IMG/VR virus record: IMGVR_UViG_3300037247_000847
Location: 31,948-95,947 of that record
Direction: 5' to 3' (one strand)
Origin: a virus
DNA: 64,000 bases
The notes beneath the pieces are model-generated. The model did no database searches, was not told the origin of the DNA, and was given only the letters and a program-made list of their open reading frames with translations. Position 1 is the first letter of the stretch. Each line of letters begins with the position of its first letter. Made by a program: the position numbers and the translations under genes. This document shows positions 1 to 8,837 of the stretch, one piece after another.

Positions 1-120
1 TTAGCAGCGAAAAAGAGAAGAGGCAGACGTGCATCGATCTTAGCTAATATTAGTGAAGAGGAGGCTCAGTTGACTAATATTAGTCGTCCAGGAGCTGGTT
101 CGCTGACCTTTGGTGGTTAG
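1..120 (+). CDS. 3' end of small phage protein upstream of portal (partial)
   Basis: Open frame from base 1: LAAKKRRGRRASILANISEEEAQLTNISRPGAGSLTFGG*, with the stop just before the portal ATG. Confidence 0.6.
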   Translation, partial: LAAKKRRGRRASILANISEEEAQLTNISRPGAGSLTFGG

Positions 121-124
121 AATA

Positions 125-1810
125 ATGGCTAGTAATTTGGTAAGAGCGAAACGCCGTATAGAGCGTTGGAGGAGTTTTAAGACCAATAAAGGTCAGTGGT
201 TGTCACACTGGGAGGACCTTGCACGTCTTATGTTGCCAAGACGTATGGGATTTATTACTCAGATGACAGAGGGTGAGCGTCGTACTGAAGAGATTTATGA
301 CTCTACTGCTATGCGTGCTGCTCGAGGTCTAGCCAATGCTGTGGGTCAACTACTTCGGCCTGAGGGAGAAAAGTTTTTCTTTATCCGAGCTGAGGATGAC
401 GGATTGAACCAATCTGATGAGGTCCAAGATTGGTTAAAAAGATCTGAGGACCGTCTTCATAATTCAATTTTCAATCCCAAAGCTAGATTTAGACAAGCCA
501 CTGGTGAAGCCGATATGGACTTGGTAGTTTTCGGTACAGCTGTTAATTTTGTAGGGCTATCACGTAAGGCACGACGTCTAAAGTTTCTTACCATAGACCT
601 CAAGGATGTTGACATAGTTCTTGATGAAGAAGGTAATCCAGACACGGTTTTTCAACATCGACGTTTTACCTTGAGACAAGCAGGGCAGAGATTTACTAAA
701 GAGAGATTGAGTGAGGATCTTAGAAGACGTCTTGAAGATCAGAGTGATGCTAATCTCGATACGAAATATGACTTCTTACGTGTCGTAGAGCCGCGTGCAA
801 ATGGTAAGGTCGACGCTGCCTTGGCGCGAAACATGCCATTTACAAATGATTGGATAGAGATCGATTCAGCGCATGAAGTAAGTGAAGGGGGTTTTAGAGA
901 ATTCCCGTTTGTAATCCCTCGTTGGGACACTTCTTCTGGAGAAGTCTATGGTCGTAGTCCTGGTATGATAGCTCTACCAGATAGTGAGACGTCTAATGCT
1001 ATGTCTGAGACTATTTTAGTAGCAGGACAAAAGGCTGCTGACCCACCATTTTTTGCACCGAATGATAGTTCATTTGATGCCATAAATTCATTTTCTGGTG
1101 GAATATCCTATTATGATGTGGATACTGCAGTACAACTTCGTGGTAATCCCTTTTTCTCTATGAAAAATGATTATAACTTACCAATTACAAGAGATATGCA
1201 GTTTGATACTCGTCAACAGATAGAAGCAGCATTTTTTAAGAACGTATTTAATCTACCTATACGTGGGCCAGAAATGACAGCTACTGAGGTGATTACTCGT
1301 AAGGAAGAGTTTATTCGGGAGATGGGTGCTACATTTGGTAGGCTCGAGAGTGATTATTTAGCTCCTCAAGTTGAGAAATCTTTTAGTCTATTACTTAGGG
1401 CTGGGGAATTTGACCCCATCCCAGAAATACTGTTAGAACGCGACGTGCGTTTTGAATATACGTCACCAATTAAGAGGATTCGTGAGCAGGCTGAAGCGGC
1501 TGCTACCAGGTTGTGGGTACAGGAGTTAATAGAGCTAGAACCTATCAAACCAGAAATCATGGATAACGCGAACTTAGACGAAGTTGCTCGTCACGCGGCT
1601 CGTGCTCTAGACCTACCAACAGGTGTGGTTACGTCACAAGATGATGTAGTAGAAATAAGAACCCAACGTGCAGAAGCAGAGAGTGATGCTCTTGAACGAG
1701 AAAGGGTTGCTCAAGAAGCAGGGATCGCGGCTACTGGTGGTAAGGCAGTTAAGGATATAAGTCAGGCTTTGGAGGGGGTTTCCCCTGAAGCTTTGCAGGA
1801 GATAGTTTAA
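125..1810 (+). CDS. Portal / head-to-tail connector protein (T7 gp8/BPP-1-like)
   Basis: Motifs DLVVFGTA, PRW..SGEVYGRSPG..AL, MTATEV..R.EE....G..FGRLESD; ~560 aa; ATG at 125 in ORF 110..1810. Confidence 0.92.
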   Translation: MASNLVRAKRRIERWRSFKTNKGQWLSHWEDLARLMLPRRMGFITQMTEGERRTEEIYDSTAMRAARGLANAVGQLLRPEGEKFFFIRAEDDGLNQSDEVQDWLKRSEDRLHNSIFNPKARFRQATGEADMDLVVFGTAVNFVGLSRKARRLKFLTIDLKDVDIVLDEEGNPDTVFQHRRFTLRQAGQRFTKERLSEDLRRRLEDQSDANLDTKYDFLRVVEPRANGKVDAALARNMPFTNDWIEIDSAHEVSEGGFREFPFVIPRWDTSSGEVYGRSPGMIALPDSETSNAMSETILVAGQKAADPPFFAPNDSSFDAINSFSGGISYYDVDTAVQLRGNPFFSMKNDYNLPITRDMQFDTRQQIEAAFFKNVFNLPIRGPEMTATEVITRKEEFIREMGATFGRLESDYLAPQVEKSFSLLLRAGEFDPIPEILLERDVRFEYTSPIKRIREQAEAAATRLWVQELIELEPIKPEIMDNANLDEVARHAARALDLPTGVVTSQDDVVEIRTQRAEAESDALERERVAQEAGIAATGGKAVKDISQALEGVSPEALQEIV

Positions 1811-1821
1811 GGAGAAAAAAC

Positions 1822-2106
1822 ATGGCGGCAGATGAACAATTCTGGATTAATCGAGCGCAAACAGCAGAGGCTAAGTTGGCTACACTCAAGGAGAACCTTG
1901 AACCAGCACTGGAACGGGTGAAGAAATTCAAGGCAAACTTTGGTATTCGTGAAAAGTCTGACGGCTCTATTGATATTGACTTTGAGAAAATGGTTGATAA
2001 ATTAGGCCCAGAGGCCAGTTTGGAATTGAGATCCGTTATTAATGATAAGTATACAATTCGCCCTCGGCGTCACTTGAATCCGCAGATACACATGAATGCT
2101 TCTTAG
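1822..2106 (+). CDS. Hypothetical protein (paralogous segment shared with 54374..54724)
   Basis: 94 aa ORF with AGGAG RBS. Confidence 0.75.
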   Translation: MAADEQFWINRAQTAEAKLATLKENLEPALERVKKFKANFGIREKSDGSIDIDFEKMVDKLGPEASLELRSVINDKYTIRPRRHLNPQIHMNAS

Positions 2107-2410
2107 TAAGATGGACGAATATCTAGAGCTTCTAGCTGATCTTTCTGTTCCAGAGGACTATGATAGTGTGGATCGATACAACGATTTCCGAAAGGTCTTT
2201 TTAGAGACTGATCCAGGTCGTAGAGTGCTTAAACAGATATTAGGATGGGGTAGTTTGCTTAAAGTTCATCCTATGAGATCCCCAATCGATCCATATATGA
2301 CAGAACGATTAGAAGGACAACGCAATCTCTCGTTAAAGATATTTGCCATTATGTTGGTCAAACCTAAGAAAAAACCAGATAGGCAGGCTACAGTATCGAA
2401 GGAGGAATGA
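2096..2410 (+). CDS. Bbp19-like phage head-region protein
   Basis: Pattern FRKVF..DPGRRVL...DP....EGQRNLSLKI; position between portal and scaffold; start could be 2111. Confidence 0.65.
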   Translation: MLLSKMDEYLELLADLSVPEDYDSVDRYNDFRKVFLETDPGRRVLKQILGWGSLLKVHPMRSPIDPYMTERLEGQRNLSLKIFAIMLVKPKKKPDRQATVSKEE

Positions 2411-2416
2411 ACAGTT

Positions 2417-2620
2417 ATGGCGAAGAAAACAAAGAAGTCTAAATCAGTTGTAGCAGACGTATCTTCGGACACGGACTTCCATGCCGAGAATGATATGCGT
2501 ACTCTTATCGACGCTGAGAAGATCAAAAAAGATAAAGGGCGTATGTCTGCTGCTCTGAAAAAAGGTAAGGAGCAGCGTGTTGCTCTTGAGAGTGTAATAG
2601 ACAAGAAAAAGGAGACTTAA
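2417..2620 (+). CDS. Small basic hypothetical protein
   Basis: 67 aa ORF, GGAGG RBS upstream. Confidence 0.7.
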   Translation: MAKKTKKSKSVVADVSSDTDFHAENDMRTLIDAEKIKKDKGRMSAALKKGKEQRVALESVIDKKKET

Positions 2621-2624
2621 TATC

Positions 2625-3722
2625 ATGGCTGATGTTGGAAGTGCTGCTGCAGCTACTATAGAAGATCTTGACCTTCTCTCTACTTTGGACGTTGGAGAGG
2701 GTGAAGAGAAGGGTGAAGAGAAGGGTGAAGAGAAAGGTGAAGAGAAAGGTGAAGAGAAGGGTGAAGAGAAGGGTGAAGAGAAGGGTGAAGAGGATCCTAA
2801 GTGGTTTGAAGAGGGCATCGAAGATCTGAACCTTAGAAAATTTGCCAGTGGATTTGAGACCCAAGACGCTCTTATGGAGACTATGAGTGGATTGCAAAAG
2901 GCTCTTGGTGTAGAATCTGTTAAGGACTGGCGAAAAGATATAGAAGATGAACAGTTAAAAGAGCATGCTTATCGCTTTACCTCACCGGCTGACGTTGTAA
3001 AACATCATCTTGAGCTACGTCAGATACTGAGTTCAGCATTGATCCCTCCTAGTAAGAGTACTAGTAAGGAAGACAAGGAAGTCTTTGCATCCAGATTGTC
3101 TAAAATGCTTGGCGTTCCAGAAACGTCAGAGGGTTACGAATTTCCAGCCCCAGCGAAAGGTGTAGAACTTACGGATGAAGATAAGAAGTCTCGTGCGGAT
3201 TTGGCTAGTTTCTTTCATCAGATACATCTACCTAAGCCTATGGCAGATGCTATTCTTAATCGGGGTGTTGAGGAAGCTGTAGCCGCTAAGATAGCTGACA
3301 AGGAAGCTGACGACCGTTTCGCTGAAAAGTCTACAGCGCAACTTGAAGTTGAATGGGGTGATGATTATGATGTTAATCGCACAGTTGCGGTCAGAGCCGG
3401 TAGAGAACTTTTTGGGGATGAATTTGATGATGTCATGCGGGCGAAATTGTCCGATGACCGTCTTCTTATGGATAGTACATTCATGTTGCGCGCTCTTGCG
3501 CGGGTTGGTCGCGAGATGAGTGAAGGTAGTATGGATGTTATGACCGAAAATGAGCGTGACACTATTGACGATCAGGTCAAGGATGTGCGGCAACGCGCTG
3601 CTGATGCTAAAGATGAAGGTAACACACGATTGGCTAATAAGCTATTCAAAGAGGAGCAGGAACTTCTCACTAGGGTCGTTGGTAAAAAGCCAATTGTTGG
3701 TAGTGGTGCCCGTACCGTTTAG
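2625..3722 (+). CDS. Capsid scaffolding/assembly protein
   Basis: Acidic 365 aa ORF directly before the capsid gene; LGVPETSEGYEF and L..EWGDDYD.N motifs typical of podovirus scaffolds. Confidence 0.75.
   Translation: MADVGSAAAATIEDLDLLSTLDVGEGEEKGEEKGEEKGEEKGEEKGEEKGEEKGEEDPKWFEEGIEDLNLRKFASGFETQDALMETMSGLQKALGVESVKDWRKDIEDEQLKEHAYRFTSPADVVKHHLELRQILSSALIPPSKSTSKEDKEVFASRLSKMLGVPETSEGYEFPAPAKGVELTDEDKKSRADLASFFHQIHLPKPMADAILNRGVEEAVAAKIADKEADDRFAEKSTAQLEVEWGDDYDVNRTVAVRAGRELFGDEFDDVMRAKLSDDRLLMDSTFMLRALARVGREMSEGSMDVMTENERDTIDDQVKDVRQRAADAKDEGNTRLANKLFKEEQELLTRVVGKKPIVGSGARTV
2700..2795 (+). repeat. 12-bp tandem repeat x8 (GGTGAAGAGAAR) encoding (GEEK)7-GEED
   Basis: Read directly from the sequence. 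Confidence 0.95.
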
Positions 3723-3738
3723 TATGACCAATCATCTA

Positions 3739-3836
3739 CCTCCAAGGCCCGCAGGTAGCGGAGACTAAATTAACGGGGTTTTTACCCTTGAAGGGTCAAA
3801 TCCTCCCCTGCAGGCCTTGGAGGCGGTCCTAAAATA
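3739..3836 (+). repeat. Dispersed ~100 bp structured repeat, copy 1
   Basis: 17-bp imperfect inverted arms (3739-3755 / 3807-3823) around an inner ACCCT-TGA-AGGGT hairpin; homologous to four other copies. Confidence 0.92.
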
Positions 3837-3907
3837 CTATCTAAGCTATTTATTAGGTCTTTTCGGTGGCTCCTTACATTATCTATGTAACCCCACTTAA
3901 GATCACC

Positions 3908-4034
3908 GAGGACTCAGACAGCCCACTGATGCGCTAACCACGTTCCAGCATTGCTGGCCCCCGTGGCTGAGTATTAAGTGCTCCCTGAGTAGAGGTCTTC
4001 GCTCTTGCACAATCGCAATAACAGGAGCGAAAAA
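3908..4034 (+). promoter_or_regulatory. Structured 5' leader of the capsid gene with an SD-sequestering hairpin
   Basis: TTCGCTCTTG (3998-4007) pairs with CAGGAGCGAA (4022-4031), which contains the AGGAG RBS; further upstream stems. Confidence 0.5.
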
Positions 4035-4928
4035 ATGAGTACGTCTATCGATCAGGCATTTATCACCTCTTTCGAGGCGAAAGTGCATGAAGTGTTTCAG
4101 CGGAAGGGAGCCTATCTCAAGGATGCCGTCCGTCTGAAAACCGATGTGGTTGGTGCCACTGCCGTCTTCCAGAAAGTCGGTAAGGGTACTGCTACGACAA
4201 AGTCTCGGCATGGTACAATCGTGCCGATGAACCAAGAGCATACAGCACCGTCTGTTACTCTGCAAGACTTCTATGCAGGTGACTGGGTGGACAAGCTCGA
4301 TGAAGCGAAGATTAACATCAATGATCGTGATGTGATCGCTTCAGGCGGTGCTCAGGCATTGGGTAGGAAGGTTGATGACCAGATTACTACGGTTCTCGAT
4401 ACTACTACCCAGGCCGCAGTCACCCTAACCCTTTCCAACAAAGGTAATGTCCTTGCCTCACTGTTGGAGTTGGTCGAAGCGGTGTGGGCGAATGACGTGC
4501 CAAATGATGGGGAGAACTTCGCTGTTATGACACCTCGTCTTTGGTCTCAGGCCATGACGCTCGATCAGTTCAACCGGGCGGAGTACGTAGGAGCTGATGG
4601 GATGGTCTTCAAGCAGGGACCTAAAATCGGTGTTGCTGCGTGGAAGAACTGGATGAACATCAAGTGGAAGATGCAGACTGGGCTTCCTGGAGCTGCTACG
4701 GCTTCAGGCAAGTCTTGGGTCTGGAACATGATGGCTATCGGCTACGCTATCGCGAAGTCGGCAGGTAATGTTGCTGGACGTGAGTCTGTTTCAGCGGACA
4801 TCACTTGGCACGGTGATCGTGCAGCTCACTTCGTCAACAACATGATGAGTGGTAATGCTGTCATGATCGACGATACGGGTGTCATTGAAGCAAACTTCAA
4901 TGATACAACCGCAATCGTTACGTCGTAG
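4035..4928 (+). CDS. Major capsid protein
   Basis: N-terminus MSTSIDQAFITSFEAKVHEVFQRKG; A..ALGRKVDDQI; AGGAG RBS before ATG 4035; follows the scaffold gene. Confidence 0.9.
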   Translation: MSTSIDQAFITSFEAKVHEVFQRKGAYLKDAVRLKTDVVGATAVFQKVGKGTATTKSRHGTIVPMNQEHTAPSVTLQDFYAGDWVDKLDEAKININDRDVIASGGAQALGRKVDDQITTVLDTTTQAAVTLTLSNKGNVLASLLELVEAVWANDVPNDGENFAVMTPRLWSQAMTLDQFNRAEYVGADGMVFKQGPKIGVAAWKNWMNIKWKMQTGLPGAATASGKSWVWNMMAIGYAIAKSAGNVAGRESVSADITWHGDRAAHFVNNMMSGNAVMIDDTGVIEANFNDTTAIVTS

Positions 4929-4942
4929 AGGAGGGATAGAAA

Positions 4943-5242
4943 ATGGCATACGTACCAGGAAATCTAGCTCTCCTTAACTCGGTCAATGGTTTTGAGTTGT
5001 ATCGGTATGATTCGACTGATGGCATTACGACCGTGGATACGGCGGGCTACTTCAACAACGTTGACGACTCGCTTCTGCTGCGTGCCGGTGCCTTGATCCA
5101 TGTGATCACGTGGGTTGGGGCGGTACGTACAGGGACTATTGGTGATGTGTCCCTTGTGATCGTCACAACCGTTGACAGTGAAGGTGTTGTCAACGTTTCG
5201 TCGGACATCTTCGAAAAGGGCATTTACTCAAGCGCCGATTAG
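4943..5242 (+). CDS. Putative capsid cement/decoration protein
   Basis: 99 aa beta-rich ORF right after the capsid gene; Y.STD..TTVDTAGYFN; GAGG RBS. Confidence 0.6.
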   Translation: MAYVPGNLALLNSVNGFELYRYDSTDGITTVDTAGYFNNVDDSLLLRAGALIHVITWVGAVRTGTIGDVSLVIVTTVDSEGVVNVSSDIFEKGIYSSAD

Positions 5243-5806
5243 ATGTCTCGAACTTCAAAGGGTGGGGGCCTTGCGTCCCCACCTTACTCTTTATCTCATT
5301 CTGGACCTGTACTGGTATGTGGTAATGCTTACAATCTACACGACGACCTCGAACGCGCCCGGCAGTTATATCCAAACGCACCTGTGATTGCCGTTAACGG
5401 TGCGACGGGAGAATTGCAGGCCTTTGCGTTGTATTCTAAACATCCAGAGAAGATGCCACAATGGATTAAACGGCAACGGCAGTTTGGTAATGACTTCACG
5501 GTTCATGGCTCGAAATACAATCCCGACTGTCCTTGGGTGAATCATTGGTGGGAAGATGCCAGAGGTGGTGGTGGTTCGGCCTGGGGTGCACGTAAATTAG
5601 CAACCCTAATGGGTTTCTATCCGGTGATCCTTTGTGGTGCACCTCTTGATCCTGGGGGCTATGTGTCAAGCCCCATTGCTAAACTGATGCGACGTGAGGA
5701 TGTGATTGACAATTTCAGACGGGAGATTGAGAGTGATGTTGAATGGCATGAGGGTGTGATGAGTATGTCGGGTTGGACACGAGAATTTTTAGGAGAGCCA
5801 AAATGA
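5243..5806 (+). CDS. Putative glycosyltransferase, CstII/Maf (DUF115)-like fold
   Basis: VLVCGNA...VIAVN N-terminal strands and GGSAWGARKLATLMGFYPVILCG resemble the G.S..A...A..MGF..I.L.G motif. Confidence 0.5.
   Translation: MSRTSKGGGLASPPYSLSHSGPVLVCGNAYNLHDDLERARQLYPNAPVIAVNGATGELQAFALYSKHPEKMPQWIKRQRQFGNDFTVHGSKYNPDCPWVNHWWEDARGGGGSAWGARKLATLMGFYPVILCGAPLDPGGYVSSPIAKLMRREDVIDNFRREIESDVEWHEGVMSMSGWTREFLGEPK
5259..5297 (+). terminator. Putative leaky intrinsic terminator after capsid/cement genes
   Basis: Stem AGGGTGGGGGC / GTCCCCACCTT followed by ACTCTTTAT. Confidence 0.45.
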
Positions 5807-6000
5807 AATATATACTGGTTACTATGCTGGCGCAGATTGCCGATGATGAACCCGCACCAAAAGTTCCTGATGATTGGCCAGATAAGTCATATTGGACTGC
5901 TGACTTTTTCAATAATTCTGAGTTAGTAAATAATGTCATGAAAGACGCTCAAGTGGCTATGGGTCGAAAAATCACGCAGGATGGTATGCCGGGATGCTAA
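5803..6000 (+). CDS. Hypothetical protein
   Basis: ATG at 5803 after a GGAGAG RBS, coupled to both neighbours. Confidence 0.55.
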   Translation: MKYILVTMLAQIADDEPAPKVPDDWPDKSYWTADFFNNSELVNNVMKDAQVAMGRKITQDGMPGC

Positions 6001-6545
6001 CAGTTGCCTGTGTATTATCCGAAGGTCCAAAGCGTGTCTACAATATAGAGCACGTTCGCCGCTTGCAAGATATGGTAACACAATATCTCAAAAGGCGTTA
6101 TCATTTTGTTTGTATTACTGATTCCCCATATCCTGGTTGGTGGGCTAAAGTCAGCCTATTCGAGCCAGGGCGTTTTAAAGGCCGTGTACTTTACCTCGAT
6201 TTAGACGTAACCATTGTTGGTTTTCTGAATGATTTAGCACTTTACCCTGCACCCTTTGTAGCTATCAAGGACTGGCTACGACCAACCATCAATTCCTCCG
6301 TTATGGCTTGGGATGCCGGTAAGATGGATCATCTGTTTACCAAGTTTGATAAATCCGTCATGGACCGGCTCAAGGGTGATCAGGATTGGATCACTGGGCA
6401 GATGCCTAAAGCTGAGACGTTTCCGCGAGATTGGTGTGTATCGTATCGAAAGTCTGTGAAGATGTTTGGTGTGGTACCACCTAATGCTAAAATAGTTGTA
6501 TTTCACGGGTTTCCTAAACCTTGGGAGGTTCCTGCAGTTGTTTGA
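5994..6545 (+). CDS. GT-A glycosyltransferase (GT8-like)
   Basis: WWAKVSLF, YLDLDV (DxD), NSSVMAW, GDQDWI, VFHG.PKPW. Confidence 0.8.
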   Translation: MLTVACVLSEGPKRVYNIEHVRRLQDMVTQYLKRRYHFVCITDSPYPGWWAKVSLFEPGRFKGRVLYLDLDVTIVGFLNDLALYPAPFVAIKDWLRPTINSSVMAWDAGKMDHLFTKFDKSVMDRLKGDQDWITGQMPKAETFPRDWCVSYRKSVKMFGVVPPNAKIVVFHGFPKPWEVPAVV

Positions 6546-7980
6546 TATAGTTTTAATCAATCCAGGTGCCACGCAAGCTATTTATCAGGGTCTTTCAGAT
6601 GAATTTACTGCTATTGAGCCTCCAACCTGGGCTCGTATGATTGCTGGCTGGCTCAGAGATCGTGATTACAAGGTTGCGATCATTGACCAAGAAGCGGAAG
6701 CACTTGGTACAGACGATATCTTGACAAGACTTGAGAAAATGGGTAATCCACTTGTCGCTATTATCGTATCTGGACACCAACCATCTGCGTCGACACAACA
6801 GATGGTGGGGGCACATACTGTTGCTAATGCTATTGGAACACAATGTACTACTATAATGGTAGGTAATCATCCGTCGGCCTTACCAGAGCGTACATTAGAG
6901 GAAGAACCAGTTGAGTTTGTATGTGATGGTGAAGGTCCTATAACCATTGCTGCAATTTTGGACGGTGTATCTATTGTAGACGTACCTGGTCTTGTTTGGG
7001 CAGTTGATCCAAAACTTGATCGTGTTTGCAACCCCCGTGCTCCGCTCATTCCAATGGATGAGCTCTATGGCGATGTATGGGATCTTCTGCCAATGGATCG
7101 CTACCGTGCTCATAATTGGCAGTGCTTTGATGGTAGCCCACGTCAACCCTACGCTTCGATCTACACCTCACTTGGTTGTCCGTTTAAGTGTTCGTTTTGT
7201 ATGATCAATATATTTCAGCATACTAATCGTTATCGTATGCGAGAGCCGAAAAGTGTGGTTGCGGAAATCGAGATGCTTTACACTGATCATGGTGTACAAA
7301 CTCTCAAAATTGCCGATGAGATGTTTGTCCTGAACGACCAGCATGTGACGGAAATTTGTGAAGGGTTAGCAAAGAAACCGTTCGTTGATGAACTTAACAT
7401 CTGGGCCTACGCTCGGATCGATACGGTAAAGTCCTACCAGCCGAGATTGCTGCGCCGTGCTGGCATTCGCTGGTTGGCATTAGGTATTGAGAGTGCTAGT
7501 TCACATGTTCGGAATGGTATCTACAAATCGTTCACCCAAGATGATATTTTTGCGGTTGTTAGAATGATTCAGGAGGCAGGTATCAACGTGATTGGCAATT
7601 TTATCTTTGGATTGCCGGATGATACATTAGAATCCATGCGTGAGACCCTGGATATGGCGGAGGAGCTAAACTGTGAGTTTGCGAATTTCTATGTGGCTCA
7701 AGGATATCCAGGTAGCAAATTATTTACAGAAACACCAGTTAAGGATTTGCCAGATAGTTGGGTAGGATATTCACAACACGCCCATGAAACGTGCCCTCTA
7801 CCAACAGCTACATTATCGAGTGCAGAGGTACTGAGTTTTAGAGATTGGGCGTTTCAACATTATTTTACTGGTGAACAGTATCTCGATATGATTAATAAAA
7901 AATTTGGTACTAATGTTGTAGAAGAAATCAAGCGTATGACATCTGTTAAGATGTCGCGAAAACTATTGGAAGTAACATGA
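6538..7980 (+). CDS. Cobalamin-binding radical SAM enzyme (class B methyltransferase-like)
   Basis: N-terminal B12-binding domain (GNHPSALP, GEG), GCPFKCSFC (CX3CX2C), LGIES, FIFGLP; TTG start after GGAGG. Confidence 0.88.
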   Translation: MFDIVLINPGATQAIYQGLSDEFTAIEPPTWARMIAGWLRDRDYKVAIIDQEAEALGTDDILTRLEKMGNPLVAIIVSGHQPSASTQQMVGAHTVANAIGTQCTTIMVGNHPSALPERTLEEEPVEFVCDGEGPITIAAILDGVSIVDVPGLVWAVDPKLDRVCNPRAPLIPMDELYGDVWDLLPMDRYRAHNWQCFDGSPRQPYASIYTSLGCPFKCSFCMINIFQHTNRYRMREPKSVVAEIEMLYTDHGVQTLKIADEMFVLNDQHVTEICEGLAKKPFVDELNIWAYARIDTVKSYQPRLLRRAGIRWLALGIESASSHVRNGIYKSFTQDDIFAVVRMIQEAGINVIGNFIFGLPDDTLESMRETLDMAEELNCEFANFYVAQGYPGSKLFTETPVKDLPDSWVGYSQHAHETCPLPTATLSSAEVLSFRDWAFQHYFTGEQYLDMINKKFGTNVVEEIKRMTSVKMSRKLLEVT

Positions 7981-8384
7981 TGGAAATAGTAATTGACTTT
8001 CCACCGATCTATGACGAGATAAAGTCTGTATTCCCAATGGCTGGTCGCGGTGTTATTTATGCTTGGGGCAACAAGATCTATAATCCATCTAATGTGTATA
8101 TTCCACTACAACTTATTGCTCATGAGCGGACGCACGGGCGAAGGCAAGGTAATGACGTGGATGGTTGGTGGCGTCGTTATTTAGATGAGAAGAAATTTAG
8201 GTTGGTTGAGGAGATATTAGCCCATGCTACCGAGATGGAGTGTTTGTTAGGTCCAAACCCGAATAGGCAGATGAGACGACAAGTTATTAAATCTACTGCA
8301 AAACGTCTTTCAAATCCACTTTATCGTTATGGTATTTCACGAGTACAAGCACAAGTTCTGTTAAAAAAGAAACTCGCAGCATGA
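7977..8384 (+). CDS. Small HExxH zincin-like protein
   Basis: LIAHERTHGRRQ plus a downstream E (VEEILAH). Confidence 0.55.
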   Translation: MMEIVIDFPPIYDEIKSVFPMAGRGVIYAWGNKIYNPSNVYIPLQLIAHERTHGRRQGNDVDGWWRRYLDEKKFRLVEEILAHATEMECLLGPNPNRQMRRQVIKSTAKRLSNPLYRYGISRVQAQVLLKKKLAA

Positions 8385-8400
8385 ACGGAAGGACGATGAT

Positions 8401-8616
8401 ATGGCAGTCACCTTTACGATGACTTGGGCCGATGGCTTGGATTCCAACGTCAATATAGGTTTTGTTCTAACCGATGACCGAGGACGTATTACACCATGGA
8501 TAGTACCAACCGATTCGATTGGTAACTGTCCAGATCACGCAGCGCGGGCCGTAGCTGACGAACTTCATAATCAGAGTGGTGCAGCTTCAGGAACGGTTAC
8601 GGTCACTATCTCATGA
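8401..8616 (+). CDS. Hypothetical protein
   Basis: 71 aa ORF, GGAAGG RBS, overlaps the next start. Confidence 0.6.
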   Translation: MAVTFTMTWADGLDSNVNIGFVLTDDRGRITPWIVPTDSIGNCPDHAARAVADELHNQSGAASGTVTVTIS

Positions 8617-8837
8617 GGCGCGTTTACGCCCCTTATGGGTTTAACTGGCGGGGGATCGAGAATAATTCTGTTGCTCGATGTACCAAGTGCAATCTTGAGT
8701 ACGAGACTCGCCACGCTATCCGCAAGGAGGGTGATGAACTCGTGCAGTATTTTTCCCATCTTTGTCCTGGGTGCGATAACCTAGATCATATATTTGGTGT
8801 TAGTTCCCCACCAGAAAAGATGACCCTTCATGGATGA
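8613..8837 (+). CDS. Small Zn-ribbon-like protein
   Basis: CTKC ... CPGC pairs. Confidence 0.55.
   Translation: MRRVYAPYGFNWRGIENNSVARCTKCNLEYETRHAIRKEGDELVQYFSHLCPGCDNLDHIFGVSSPPEKMTLHG

Noticed and set aside
2700-2795. CRISPR-like array
   Set aside because: Contiguous 12-bp units with no spacers, in frame within a CDS
3739-3836. Dispersed repeat as a simple Rho-independent terminator or tRNA
   Set aside because: No U tract after the outer stem in the transcribed orientation, no cloverleaf or T-loop, and ~100-nt conservation exceeds what a terminator needs
3926-3990. Hammerhead ribozyme (CTGATG core)
   Set aside because: Reads CTGATGC rather than CTGANGA, and there is no GAAA strand
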